The position numbers were made by a program, and so were the translations under genes. This document shows positions 25,785-38,495 of a DNA stretch of 64,000 bases, in pieces. Under the pieces are notes generated by a model. That model was not told the DNA's origin and did no database searches. It saw only the letters and a program-made list of their open reading frames with translations. Source of the stretch: Pseudovirgaria hyperparasitica (Eukaryota); the NCBI GenBank assembly GCA_010093815.1, contig ML996586.1. One strand, 5' to 3'. The first letter of the stretch is position 1. Each line of letters begins with the position of its first letter.

Positions 25785-27161
25785 CTACCTGTCACTCGGC
25801 ATTTCCAGTCGATCTGCAGGATGTCGAAACGCCGGATGGATCTCGAACATACCCTGAGAAGGCGCCGTACTTCTGGGTGCTGCTGAGACAACATATGCGA
25901 CACCGTCGTCGGAGGCATAACTCGGTGGCCGGGCTATAACAGCAGGTCGAACCGGCGATCTGGACGTAGGTGACTGGCCAACAGATGAATGCGGTGAGGC
26001 GAGCTCAGCTTCGTTTGCTCTTGATGAATCAATGTGGCTTACGCGCTGCCAGTGAAGCAGATTGGGATCAACTCGCTATACAAGGTCAGTTTCGAGTCGT
26101 CATAACCTGCAGCTCAACTCACCACACTGGATCTCCATTTTCCATACGCCGGCGGAGGTATCTTTGGGCCCTTAGATATGCTCTCAACAGGACTTCCTTC
26201 GCTCTCTTCGTCCATGTCATCAGCTAGTTCCTCGTCGCGCGCGACATGAACTCGGATCGGTCGTACTGGATGAAAGCCTTCTGTGTCTTGCATATTTGTC
26301 ATTCGGGGCGTGTCCAGTGGAGGACTCATTGCTACCATGCAAAGTCGAACTAAGGCATGACAGAAGAAGATTGTAGTGCATATAATGACGAGGATGAAAA
26401 GCACATGGACCTCCTGTCCTATATTGGGCCGTAACAGCACTATGCAGAGATCTACCTCTGTTAGAAAATCTTGCAAGTCTGCACTGAGTGAGCGAGTACT
26501 TACATATGGACAATATGACGCCAAGGAAGACCGCAGATATCGTGACGCTGGTCAGTTTGCCTCTTGCTGCCTTGTTGTTTGAAACACTGCATGATCCTCT
26601 CTCGCGCTTTTTTCGCACCCATGCTTGAGGGCCTGTTCGGATGAATGGTACGACTGCTGGTCGAGTTCTGTGTCTGTGACGACGTCGATGCCTGCGCGGC
26701 CGTCTCCCTGGGACCCTTTCAGTCGATTGTTCTGTCTCAGAATCCAGGTGCTGTCGTAGAGGTGGCGTAGCATCAGGACTAAAGAGCGTCGGTGGCGTAA
26801 CAAGATATTGTTCTTGAATCTCAGGCGTCGAATTTCCGATGTCCTGTATATAAGACCCTGCTGTATGTTGATAATTCAGCACCGGCGGCGACAATACAGT
26901 ATTGGACCGTGATCCTTGCTGTAACTCCGTCGTGGGCAAAACTAAAGGAGTGCTGTTTCTTCTGAAAAAGTCGAAAGCCGGTAGCTTCGGAATGCTACGG
27001 CTGCCGCGATCGCTGTGATCCTCGTGGTCTGATGATAAGACAGGCGAATTGGAATATATGGAACTGCCATTGAGCAGAGAGCGGACGTTTGCGTGGAAAG
27101 CAGAGAACCGTGAGGGGGAGTCAGAGGGCTGTGGAGATCTGTGGAAGATGGAGAGAGGCAT
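25785..27161 (-). CDS. Conserved fungal two-TM membrane protein of unknown function with PPxY motifs
   Basis: Spliced product has a disordered N-terminus, a TM pair (VTISAVFLGVILSIY; EVHVLFILVIICTTIFFCHALVRLCM), then IPPPAYGKWRSSV-RVDPNLLHWQR..RPPSYASDDGV; stop at 25785; two introns. Confidence 0.75.
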
Positions 27162-28438
27162 ATTGGACGGTGTCTTCGAGCAATCGATATGCCCTGTGGG
27201 ATTTGATGTCTACAAAAGAGCGATGCGGAGGGTCTGCAGTTGTCGGCTCACGCGCAGACTGGGCCAAGCGGCGTTTAAAGCTTCTGAATTGGTGAGGTCG
27301 TACGGGCTAGATGGTACTCAGACGCGGTTCTGTGTCTCCGAAGACAACAAACAAAGCTGGCGACTTGTCCATTCGAGAGCAGAAGTGAGAGACAAGGAAT
27401 TGGCTGGTGATCCGTATACTGGTCGTACACGCGAAGAAGATATCAGTTTGACCTGGTCCCGGACCGATGCTTCTCTGAGGTGGTAACGAACGAAAGGTCG
27501 GGGTAATGTGAAGCAGAGACTGGTGTTTCAGGATACCGTAAGTAAAGAAGAGAAGAAGAAATGGGTCAACAAGTCTCTGCTCCACAAAGCTACTTCCAAT
27601 ACCAATGAAGCCGAACTGGACCAACGGGAACAAAAAAGAAAAGGAAGGCAACGCTCACTCAATCAAGATGTAACAGAAGGGACGAGCAACACTGAGACAT
27701 CACTGGCAAAGAAAGAGGCTCGTCTTTGTTGGAAGAAGGAGCATTGCTAGTGCGCAGGGCCAGTGTGCATAACTTAACCTTGAGACGGCTGACTCCTATC
27801 AAGTCTGGTGGTTAATGTAGGTAGAGACGGTTGATGTGTCAAGTTTGGACGAGTGCAACAGCGAGGATGAGTGCACAGGAATACACAGGAGTGCATAGGG
27901 GGCGCTAGAGGGGTGCATTGGGGGGGCCAGACGGAGGAGGCCAAAGTAAAAGGACGTTTCAGAAGCGCTGGCCCGCCCCACGCTCGAACTGCTGTCGCCC
28001 ACTCATCGCGTAATTGGCGCGTCCCTCTGTTGCTCTGTTGCTCCCACACTCTTTTGCTCGTTTGCGCGACAAAATGCATAACCACGTTATTGGAGCTATC
28101 TGCTTGAACTACTGGTCATGCTTGGTCCTCTGGGACGCACCGCACCCACTTGTTTTTCAGACGTTGTATCGACGACTAAGGTAGTAACTCTATCACCGTC
28201 GTCAGAGCTTACTGCTACTCCAGGCAGTACTCGGATTCTCGGGTCTCATATAGTTGCCCTACCGTTCGGCATTCCAATCACGCCCATACCAAGGGCCTAT
28301 GATCGTACTCCGCTCTGCGGATATATATTACGGTGGGGTGCCTTCGCCGACGAGACCTTGGGATGCCACGCCCGTGTGGCCTGCGTCTCAGCAAGCATGC
28401 GTCTTGACAAACTTGTTTTTGTGCTTGCGAAATCTCCT

Positions 28439-29829
28439 TCAAACCCCAAGTTCTCCGAGCATGACCATCCTGTCTGAAGATCCGGAAACAACTGCGACTG
28501 TTAGCATCGGCATGCTCGTATCAGTAATTTCGACACCTACTGATTGGCTCGTCGTGTGGCGAGAATCGAACATCATTTACCGCGCCTTTATGTCCCGGCA
28601 ACTTGTAGAGCAATTTTCCGGAGAGCGCGTCCCATACGACAACACTGCGGTCGCCACTTCCTGCCGCAATTTTCTGGCCCTTTGAATCCCAGCAAGCCTT
28701 GAGAAGGTTCTTCTCCATACCTAGTGGCGCACCGTCATACGTTTGTAGCAAGCGTTCTTGCGGAGCGAAAGGTCTTATATCCCATTTCTTGACTGTCGAG
28801 TCATGTGAGTTTGATAGCAGGAATTGGGCATCTGGCGAGACCTCCAAGGATGTCACAGTATCAGTGTGACCTATGAGCGTGTATGCTATAGATTTCCTGC
28901 GCATATCCCAAACTTTGATGTCGTTGTCGATGCCGCCTGTGTAAAGCTCGTTGCCAGCCTCTGCCAAAGCTACCGACGTAACAGGCATTCCAACTTCGAT
29001 GAAGTCAATGGCTTGCTTCTGACGAGGGTCCCAGATCTATACGCTCAGTAGTCAGCTCCAATCTAGATTGAGGGGATCTTGAACGTGAGGTTGTGCTCAC
29101 CCCAATGAAGCCATCGTCTGATCCGCTCACTAAAATCTCCTCTCCTCTTCGCGTCACATCCATGCTGTTAATGACCTCTTCATGTCCTTCATGGCGACGT
29201 ATGCGGGTACCTGTTTCGAGGTCCCAACTCGCAAGTGTCATATCTGCAGAGGCAGAAAAGAGGACTCTGGAATCACGCGACCATTGGAGATCAAGTACAG
29301 CTCCCTTGTGTCCGTTCAACACTCCAAAGTTCTCACAGTGGCCGTATGTATGCCATAGTACTAACGTTTGTCAGCTTTCGTGGGTGGTATCGTGAGCAAG
29401 CTGGCGCATACATATTGAGCGATCCATTGAGCCTGACGCTATATATTTGCCTGTGCCGGAAAATCTGGTAGCGAATACTTCTCCAGAATGACCTGTTCGA
29501 TGTCCGTCAGATGAGGTAGACGAGGGAGGGCTAAGGCCTATTCACCATTCAGCTCCATGACCGGGGATTGCAATGAGCTTGAGCGAGAAACCTATTGGGA
29601 CCGCCAATATCAGCCAAAGGTTACCTTCGAAATCTGCTTAGCCCTCCATATGGATAGCAAAGGTCATGAGAGATAGGAATGGACATACAGCCTGAATGAG
29701 CGCCCCATTTTGAGCAGATCCATTTACGAGCGAAACCGAAGAGCTTCCCAGATGTGCGTCAGATCTCTGCCGCTTGACCAACTGCGACGAGCTGAAGGAT
29801 CCGCTTGCAGCGCGTTTTTCTGAGGACAT
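28439..29829 (-). CDS. SNRNP40: U5 snRNP 40 kDa WD40 protein (SNRNP40/Spf38/Cwf17)
   Basis: WD repeats GHKGAVLDLQWS, RIRRHEGHEEVINS, GHTDTVTSL, WDIRPFAP, EKNLLKACW, LYKLPGHKGAVNDVRF; last exon SGSSDRMVMLGELGV*. Confidence 0.92.
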
Positions 29830-30153
29830 TCTGTTGATAATGGAGTCGAATAACGGCGGAATTCTTGGAGTTATGGAATGATCACGTTGTCGCTACAATG
29901 TGGTCTTGTCGCAAGAGATACTTGGTGTGACCAAAGCTCGAGCTTTGATTTTCTGGTACATTCATCGAAGACGATGTGCGGCCTCAGGCAGAAGTCGTGA
30001 TTGCGATGCGCTAGCTACATTGACTGAGCTTGAGCATTCGTAAAACCTGGACTTGCACGCCAAAATCTGTGCACTGCCCTGGAAGACAGCAACTTTGTAC
30101 TCCATAAATATTAAACGCTCGGTCGTACCTCAAAGCTTTCGGATTCTCCAAGC

Positions 30154-30937
30154 ATGGCTTCGGCCAAAGCTGCTCGTGTGGGTGAAGAGTAAGCACTTTA
30201 ACAAACCTGATCAACAGGACATCCAGCTAATGTGCTCACCAGGGTCTGGAAGTAAGGCATACGACAATACACTCACTTCAACTCTGACATAGTCAGAACT
30301 CGTATCGACAAAGTCAATGCCGAACTCGTAACTCTTACCTACGGCACGATAGTCGCGCAACTATGCAAGGACTTCGATAGCGACTATGCCGAGGTCAATA
30401 GACAATTGGACAAGATGGGATATAACATCGGGCTGCGTTTGATTGAAGACTTTCTCGCCAAATCCAACACTGGCTCGTGCGCCAACTTCAAAGAGACGGC
30501 AGAGATGATCTCGAAGGTACCGCATAGATGTGCAAAGTGCGGCTCAAATCCCGATGCTTACAAGGTCTCAGGTTGGCTTCAAGATCTTTCTGAACATTAC
30601 ACCAACTATCACAAACTGGACAAGTGACAGCAAGCAGTTCTCCTTGATCTTTGAGGAGAACCCACTTGCCGACTTTGTGGAACTCCCTGATGATGGTAGG
30701 GCACAAGACGAGCTTTGGTATTCGAACATCCTATGTGGTGTCCTGAGAGGAGCACTAGAAATGGTAAGGGCTCTCGAATCGCTTTATCATGTATCCCAAC
30801 TCGCTCACATAGCGCAGATTCACATGCAAGTAGAAGCACATTTTATCAGCGACGTCCTTCGTGGAAACGACACTACAGAAATGCGGATCACGCTACTTCG
30901 GTATATAGATGACGAGATGCCGCCCGACGACGAGTGA
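30154..30937 (+). CDS. BET3: TRAPP complex subunit Bet3
   Basis: [80 protein letters not shown]; four introns including a 9-nt exon. Confidence 0.96.
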
Positions 30938-32044
30938 AGTATTTCTTCTCAAATACCATTGGTATAGACTATGTGAGGCATGTTTGCTGGTGAAATGGGT
31001 GCCGCACGGCGCTGGGAGCTCAGACTAGGGTTCTCCTATCTGCTCCACATGTTGCTTCCAGGCTTTAATCTTGGATTATCTGTGTGGCAGTGTCAAAATA
31101 GATTGGAGATACCATGCTCCAAGTGCCAGTTGCCTGAGAGTAGCGTGGACAGCGAGCAGCAGCCTCATGTACCCAATATATCAAGGGGACGGCTGCTGAG
31201 AGCGGTGGCAGTGTGCACAAAGGCAGGGGGAAATGCAGAATAGTGTCTGGACTTCATCCGGACAGAGGCACTTTCTAGAAACTGCTTTGCGGTAATGTTT
31301 GTGTCACGTATTTACAAGCGGCGTGAGCAAGCTCTCAAAGCCCGGAATATTATTTGCTGTAGTAGTTGACCTTACATCGAAGGACCTAAGCTTGGCGATC
31401 ACGAGACTTCAAGACGTCGACCCCAAGACGCCGTATGAAGCTTTCATACAAAGAATCAAATGGTGGAGGCCACTCATCTATGATTTAATTATGCTCGTGA
31501 TTACATTTAATGCTGCCTACACGGCGTAAGAGGTGAGGGCTGGGCTAGGTCATGTGACTGTTGCCTTTTGATCCACCAATCAGGGCCACTTGCACCCAGC
31601 GACGCTCGTCCTTGGCAGTTCGCTGCGCTGCACCTGCTCTTCAGAATTCCCCCATCTCCCACCAGTTCCTATTGTGAATCTATCACCAACCTCCTCCAGT
31701 CTTCATTTACCTCATCTTCGACTTCTGGCCCTCAAGCGCAGAATCCCTTGTAGATTCCTACAGCCCGTCGCGGGCCGCGGATTGTTTTCCATCGAAACCT
31801 CATCCTGCGTACCTCGCCCGCAGTCGACCGAGACCGCCTCACCTGCCCCGAGCACTACTCCACCATCGCTGACAGAACCACATCAATTTATTTACATGAG
31901 GCACACTGCTTCACTCTAAGCTAACCAGGCGCGCCCGCCGTTATTATACGACATCACTGTCGCGTATTCCGACTGTCACCTACGCGCTCTCAACATAGTA
32001 CTTGACGTCGCAACGCGGGCAGAACATCTACCGGTACCGCGAGC

Positions 32045-34454
32045 ATGAATCAACAACCCAACAATATGGCTGGCATGGGCGCCAATTCTGGAGGTCCTGT
32101 CCAAGCCGGCGCAATGAGCATGATGGGCGGTAATAATCCGCCAAGCGATACTACTCAGCTACTGAATACTTACATCTACGACTACCTTCTCAAGAACCAG
32201 CACTGGGAGCTTGCCCGAGGGTTCAACAAGACCTTCAACTTGAACATCCAAAATGGTGGAACAAAGTCGAGCCCAGGCCAGCGCAACGTGAATGGGGTTG
32301 ACAGCTCTATGGATGAAGATTCCAAAGATGATGAGACGCGACCTTCTGACTTGCCCAAGCCTTTGATTCCTGGAAACACTGCCTCGGACAATTCCTTCCT
32401 CTTTGATTGGTGGTCCCAGTTCTGGGATGTTTTCGCAGCACAACGCGCAAAACCAACGAGCAATACTAGGACTGCACCTTATCTCGGATTTTCTAAAGTA
32501 AGTAGATTGACAATCCTTTCAACTGTGGTAGATCCTGACGAAATACTCTTAGCAACAAGCACAGATTCGCAATGACCGAAATGGCACTATGATGAACGTA
32601 GCAAACATGGGCGGCATGATGCGACCCGGCATGAACCCACAGCATGCTGAAATGCAGAAGCGCATGCTGGCCGCGGGAAACAGGCCGTACGTGAACACAC
32701 AATTCATGTCTTACGCCACTGACGTGACGCTTACTATGACTTAGGAACAACCCGGCAATGCAAGCAATGCAGCAGGCGACACAGAAAAATATGATGAATG
32801 GCATGCAGAGAGACGCTTCCATGGGTGAACAACGTCCTTCGCCCCCTTCAAATGGTGAAAATGTACCATCCCCATCAAAACGCCCCCGAGTCGAAGGAGG
32901 CTTCAATGGCCAGGTGGGCCCCGGAGGTCGAAGCCAACCAATGCCAGGTCAACAAATGGGTGCGACATCAGGTCCCGGTGGTGGTCCAATGATGATGGCG
33001 AATGGTATGCAACAAGGCGAAATGGGACCGAATGGCTTCGGCTTCAATCCGCAAAATCAACAACAGAAGCCCATGGACGTATGTAGTAACCATTACCTGG
33101 GACAGCGGTCAATTGCTAACAGTCAGGTAGGGAATGGGTCCTAATGGACCACAACAGATGGGTGCCCAAGGGATGGAAGGTCAAGCAGATCTTTTCGCTG
33201 GAAATGCGAACGCAGGTCGTATGGCAGGTGGGGGACCTAACCAACCTGGCGGTCAAGCACCTCCCGGGAACCATGCTCTTCAGGACTACCAGATGCAATT
33301 GATGCTCCTCGAACAACAGAACAAGAAGAGATTATTGATGGCCCGTCAAGAGCAGGACAACCTGACCCAGGTTCCGCACGCAGGTGTCGGCGGACAGCCA
33401 GGATTCGGATCTCAAGCAATGTCTCCACAGGGCAGTCGCGCAGGTCCATCCCCAAATCCAGCTGATCAGATGAAACGAGCAACACCAAAGATTGGTCAGA
33501 CTGGCTTGCCCGGCTCGCCGATGCCTGATGGAAACATGCAAGGCAACAGAGCGTCACCTATTCCGAACGGGGCCGGCCCTTTCGATCCCTCGCAAATGCC
33601 TCCTGGGATGCCCCCTCAATACTATGCGGGCCAGATGGGAGCCAACGGGATGAGACCTCCAAGCTCGCATCCGAATCCCAACTTCGGCAACGGTCCTATG
33701 AACCCGGCGCAGATGGAAGCTATGCGGCGTCAACAGCAAGGACAAATGCCCAATGGCATGTGGCCTGGTGCCCCTCATAACATGATGCCACAGAACCCTG
33801 GCCAGCAGCAACCACAGATGGGAACTCCACAACAGCGCTCTATGCCACCTCCACCAGCCCCGCAGGGTTCTGGCGAACAGCAACGAACGCAGCCACCTTC
33901 TCCTCAGCCAAACGCCAATGCACCCCCGACTCCGTCTCAAACCAACAAAGCTGCTCCGAAGGGTAAGAAAGAAAAACCTGAAGGCAAGAAGGTAAGTCAT
34001 TTGAGGATCTACGATTGTAGTTCATATACCTAACATCGACTAGAAGAACCCACCAAAGAAGAACTCTGTTGCGGCAGGTGCAACACCGGCCTCTGACGCG
34101 GACCCTCCTCCGACTCCAACGCCTTCGACACCAATTACGCCAATGCATGCCAGTTCGTTCGCAAAGAATGGACAGCCACAAGGTGGAAATAACCCGAATC
34201 AACAACAAACTTCGCAGCCCGCCCAGCAAGTCGTTCAGCCCTCCATGGATCCCAACGCGGGGGCACCTTTTGGCACTATTGATAGCAACGATGGTGGCAT
34301 GGATCTCAACTTTGGCTCTCTCGATGGTCCTGACGTTTTGGAAACGTTCGATTTCGACTCGTTCCTACACACAGAAGACAACAGCGCCTTTGCCTTTGGC
34401 GACTTCAATACCGGATTCACGACTGATGGTGTAGAAGCTGGCGACATGAACTAG
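32045..34454 (+). CDS. SOM1: Som1/Flo8-like LisH (LUFS) transcriptional regulator
   Basis: LisH LLNTYIYDYLLK..FLFDWWSQFWDVF; PSPSKRPR NLS; NHALQDYQMQLMLLEQQNKKRLLMARQEQD; C-terminal DVLETFDFDSFLH; Q/M/G/P-rich. Confidence 0.92.
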
Positions 34455-35852
34455 ACATCGTCCATCACTGCACTACAGTCGGTCACAATATCGCACTGTA
34501 GCATTCCTTCCTTCTTAGCCTGGCTCATAGGCTTGTTTCTATATTACATTTTGAGGCGTTTGTGTATATGACTCCCCCATGATCCTACATCTGAAAGTCT
34601 TGCTAGGATTGGGCGAAAGACTGGTGGAGTTCCTGGTGTTATTGGGGGGGTGGGCAGCTGAAACGGCTCGATAATCTCACGTTTCATCATGGACTTGGAT
34701 ATGTGCACGCGTCATTCTCATATACCTGCCCTTTTTCTTGCAAATTTTCTATGGCCTCTAATCTTCATCATTGTCTATTATATAGGATGGTCTCGCATTA
34801 CGGCCGTCAATTAGGTTATTGCGCGACCTGTCCTCGATATTATTGCCAATCGCAAAAAAAACATGGCCTCAAACTCGCATCTCATCTAGACCGTCGCTAC
34901 CTTGTACCGTGTAAAGCTTTCGGAGTCGATGTGAGGTTTAGCTGTGCTAGGGTTATGATGTGAATTGTCACGGTGATTGATGATGGTTCTCCAAAGATTG
35001 TACCTATTCGATCGCCACTTGGTCGTCGCCGAGAGGTGTTGCTTGACAATTTCTAGGTGGAGTCAGTATTCATTCAAATGCTATAAAATATAGATTCACC
35101 ACATGACCAAGAGCACTACAGGAAATGTTTGATGTGCAGCATGTAAGTCTCCGACAGTCTGCCAGCAAACCCTTGCTAGGCATTTCTGGTTACAGCTATT
35201 TACTTCATGCCTCATCCACAACAATCCTTGATTGCCTTGCCGACTTTCAGAAATTCCTTGGCGACCTCATCCATGCTAACACTGATTGATGCCAGCTCTC
35301 CAAAGTCAGGTAGAATCCAAAGCATTCAACCATTAGACATACTGATACCTCCGTCAGTCATATCAGACGACCCTTTGACCTAGTATGACTGGGCAGGAGC
35401 ATTAGATGGTAGGTTCCATCTTCAGAGATGCTCCAAATTATCCATAATTCTTGGCTGCACACCACTCTCCCTGATTCATCGATCTCACTCACGAATGTGC
35501 CGTCTTTGATCTACAACATACATTTCATGTGGTGCATTCCCACAACTCAGTTCTTGGAGAACATGGCTCCTAATTTTCGTTCTTCAGCAAGCACCATTCT
35601 CAGATCTCGGACACATTTTGCTGCATCTGAGTGATCCCGCTCGCCAAGTTCATCATCATCAACGCAGATTGCCAATGTCGCATATCCTTGGCCAAGGAGA
35701 CTTAACATAAGTTGGTGAGTCTGGACCAACACAACGGGTTTCCATACAATCGAATGTTGATCATCGGCAAGTCGATTTCGTCGACTATGACGTGTCGAAC
35801 ATGAAAACATCTGACTTCGAGCCATTACCATGACAACACCTCACGGGTTCGT

Positions 35853-37995
35853 TCATACCAGTTTTATTGTTCGTTGTTCCTCGCTTTTGAACCATGGAAG
35901 ACAGCCTTCGCGTGCAAGAAAATAGCCAACTCGCTCAAAAACCTCACCACCACGTCGAGACAACGCGAGGCCCCACGACGTCTGATCGGACGTGGAGACT
36001 CTCTCGATTTCATCCCTACAGCGATTTGGCGTGAAGCAACGAGCGAAGAGGAAAACCCAGTATATACCATGTTCGCTCGGAGTCGACGACACTGACGACA
36101 AGCTTGCTGTACTTGAGACATCGCTATCTCTACGTTCTGGATTCTCGCTGTCTGCGTCTAGATAAATCTCGCCGTATAAACCTTCGAGAAGATGATCATC
36201 TGGTCGAGCGAAAGGGTACCGACGTCGGATATCGGGGATGTTTGGACGCAGGTAGCCCATCAGATACAGTTCGGCGCTCGCGATGCGGGAGAAAGGGGCG
36301 TACGATAGTAACGGTCGTACCTCGCAATTGACAATCGATGCTTCTGCTTCGAACCAGTCGCATTCATCAGCTTGCCAGCTGAGTGGTCCGTCAAGCGACA
36401 TCCATGACCAGGAGGGCGCGCGCCAAACTTCCGAGCGAGTGGCACCTTTCGACATCCATGTCACCTCACGCAGGAGATGACGTCGCCAGAGCCCTGCAAG
36501 ACATTCGTCTTTCATCTCACTCTGCATATAAGAAACAACCCCTGACAGGGCAGGGAGCTTGTCCATTGGGTCGCTTAGAGCCCTCATGCTGTAGTCCCTG
36601 ACTATGCGCTTCCAGGCTCGGAAGTGTTCCGGTAGCTTGTTTGCTTGCATGGAGGTGGAGTTTATGATTGAGTGTATCCCAGGCGCCTGGGCGCTTAATG
36701 ACGGTCGCGTGAGCTTTCCTTGGTGCATCATACGGGTAGAATTCAGGCCAGCCTTTGCGCAGTAGGTGTTCCAGTCGATAGCTGGGTCGTCACACTGGTG
36801 GCCACCAAGGCACTTGAAGAAGCAACAATCACGACTGTAAATGAGCAGTCGGGGTGCAAGAAAAGTCTCTTGAAGGGTCCAAGCTCGTTCATACAGTGGT
36901 TCGCAGCCTTGCGAGGAGTCTTTGTGCCAAAGTTGGACGGAACCATCTTCACGAATTCGATCGCGGCCAACAGAATCCGGGTTCAAGCAGAACACCGGAA
37001 GGGTGATGACACTAGAATGTGCATCTCGTATATTCAGAAAGCTCTCTGCTGAGCTAGATGCACATGCTGCAACGATCGTCAAGTAAGCGTTCTGATAGAT
37101 TTGTTGCATATTGGCCATCTCTGTCTCCTTGTCCGCTATCGAATCCTGAATGATGCAGAGACGATCAATCCACAGATATCGTAGTCCGAGGTTCCTTGCA
37201 GTCAGCACGCCATCGCGAAGACTTGGTGGTAACTCTGAAATCGAAAATCCATGTAGATGTTTGGTCCATGTGTGCCGCGTAGTAGTGATGGGTTCAGGCG
37301 AGACCTTACCCCAGGCATAACTCATCGCCGCATAGTGACCTCTGGCACCTTCAGAGGCCATAAGATATAGCTGATCAGGAGCATCACCAATTACAACAAC
37401 ACGAGTTGGTAACAAAGGCCCCAGTCGCTGTGCTTCAATGCAACCATTGTGGTTCCTGTTGCAGTGTGCTATCCATGATCGGATCCGTGGGAATGAAGCT
37501 CTCATACCACTCACCGATGGGCTTTTGACAGTCGAGACTTGTCGAGAAAGAGGATTGTCTGATACATAGGTAAGGACTATGCTGATAGACAACTTGTACG
37601 AGTTTGGTGAACGTACCTGGATCAGTAGCCATGCTAAGCACTAATTCTCCTCCAAAGACATTATCGTGTATAGTGATTCTTAAGGCTCGTGGTAGAGACG
37701 CACCAGAAGTCTGACTCAGGCGAAACGCAAATAAAATCTCCTCGTCCGGTGCTTCTTGTAGGCCAACAAGGTATGAACGGCGTGAACGGCCAAAGATAGG
37801 TGTCGATTCCATCACTCTCATATCGTGGCGCTGAAGAAGCAGACAAAGTAGGCACCCTTGGTCTGCAGTTTTTGCCAGTGACCATCGCCTTCGTCTATAA
37901 AGCACTGGCTCATAATCACTCTCTGCATCATCAGAAGTCCAGAATGTAGCCGTGTTGGTGAATATGTTTGCGCAGTATGCACAGGGAGATGTCAT
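35853..37995 (-). CDS. Heterokaryon incompatibility (HET domain) protein
   Basis: N-terminal CxxC..GCLLC; WIAHCNRNHNGC, LPTRVV, YAAMSYAWG, LGLRYLWIDRLCIIQD, MQQIYQNAYLTI, PLYERAWTLQE, YSMRALSDPMDKLPALSG, RAPSWSW; one intron near 37563-37617. Confidence 0.92.
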
Positions 37996-38495
37996 TGTGC
38001 TAAATGCACCGAGTAATAGAGTTCCTACGTCGCTACGACACTTCAAAGTCCCACGAGGGCCGATCCGAGGTAGATGTGCATTTGGCAGCTGTCAAACTTG
38101 TCATGACTTGGGACCCTTTTCTCATAGCAACTAACGAGCTGGAGCGGAGTCGAGGCGCGGCCCCGATGATGCGTGAGTGGTTACACCATCTTCTCCCGTT
38201 ACGAGGCTGACAGGGCCGAGAGCTAGACAATAAGTGAGTGTCGAAGGAAACACATGCCCGATGGTTCATGGTGCGGTCAGATTGTAAACAGCATCCATGC
38301 AGTGACCGCTAGGTAGTCAAGTGGCGTTTGATTTCTCGGGGACCGTCGAGGACAGGCCAATTAGCGACCTTCCCCGGGTCACTTCTTTGTATCTATGTAA
38401 TTGAGTGTCGAGGGCATTGATGTCACTACAAACTACAAGTTGTCTAGATCAGATGTGGCAACAAGTCAGTTTCCCTTTACACATGTGTTTTGGAG

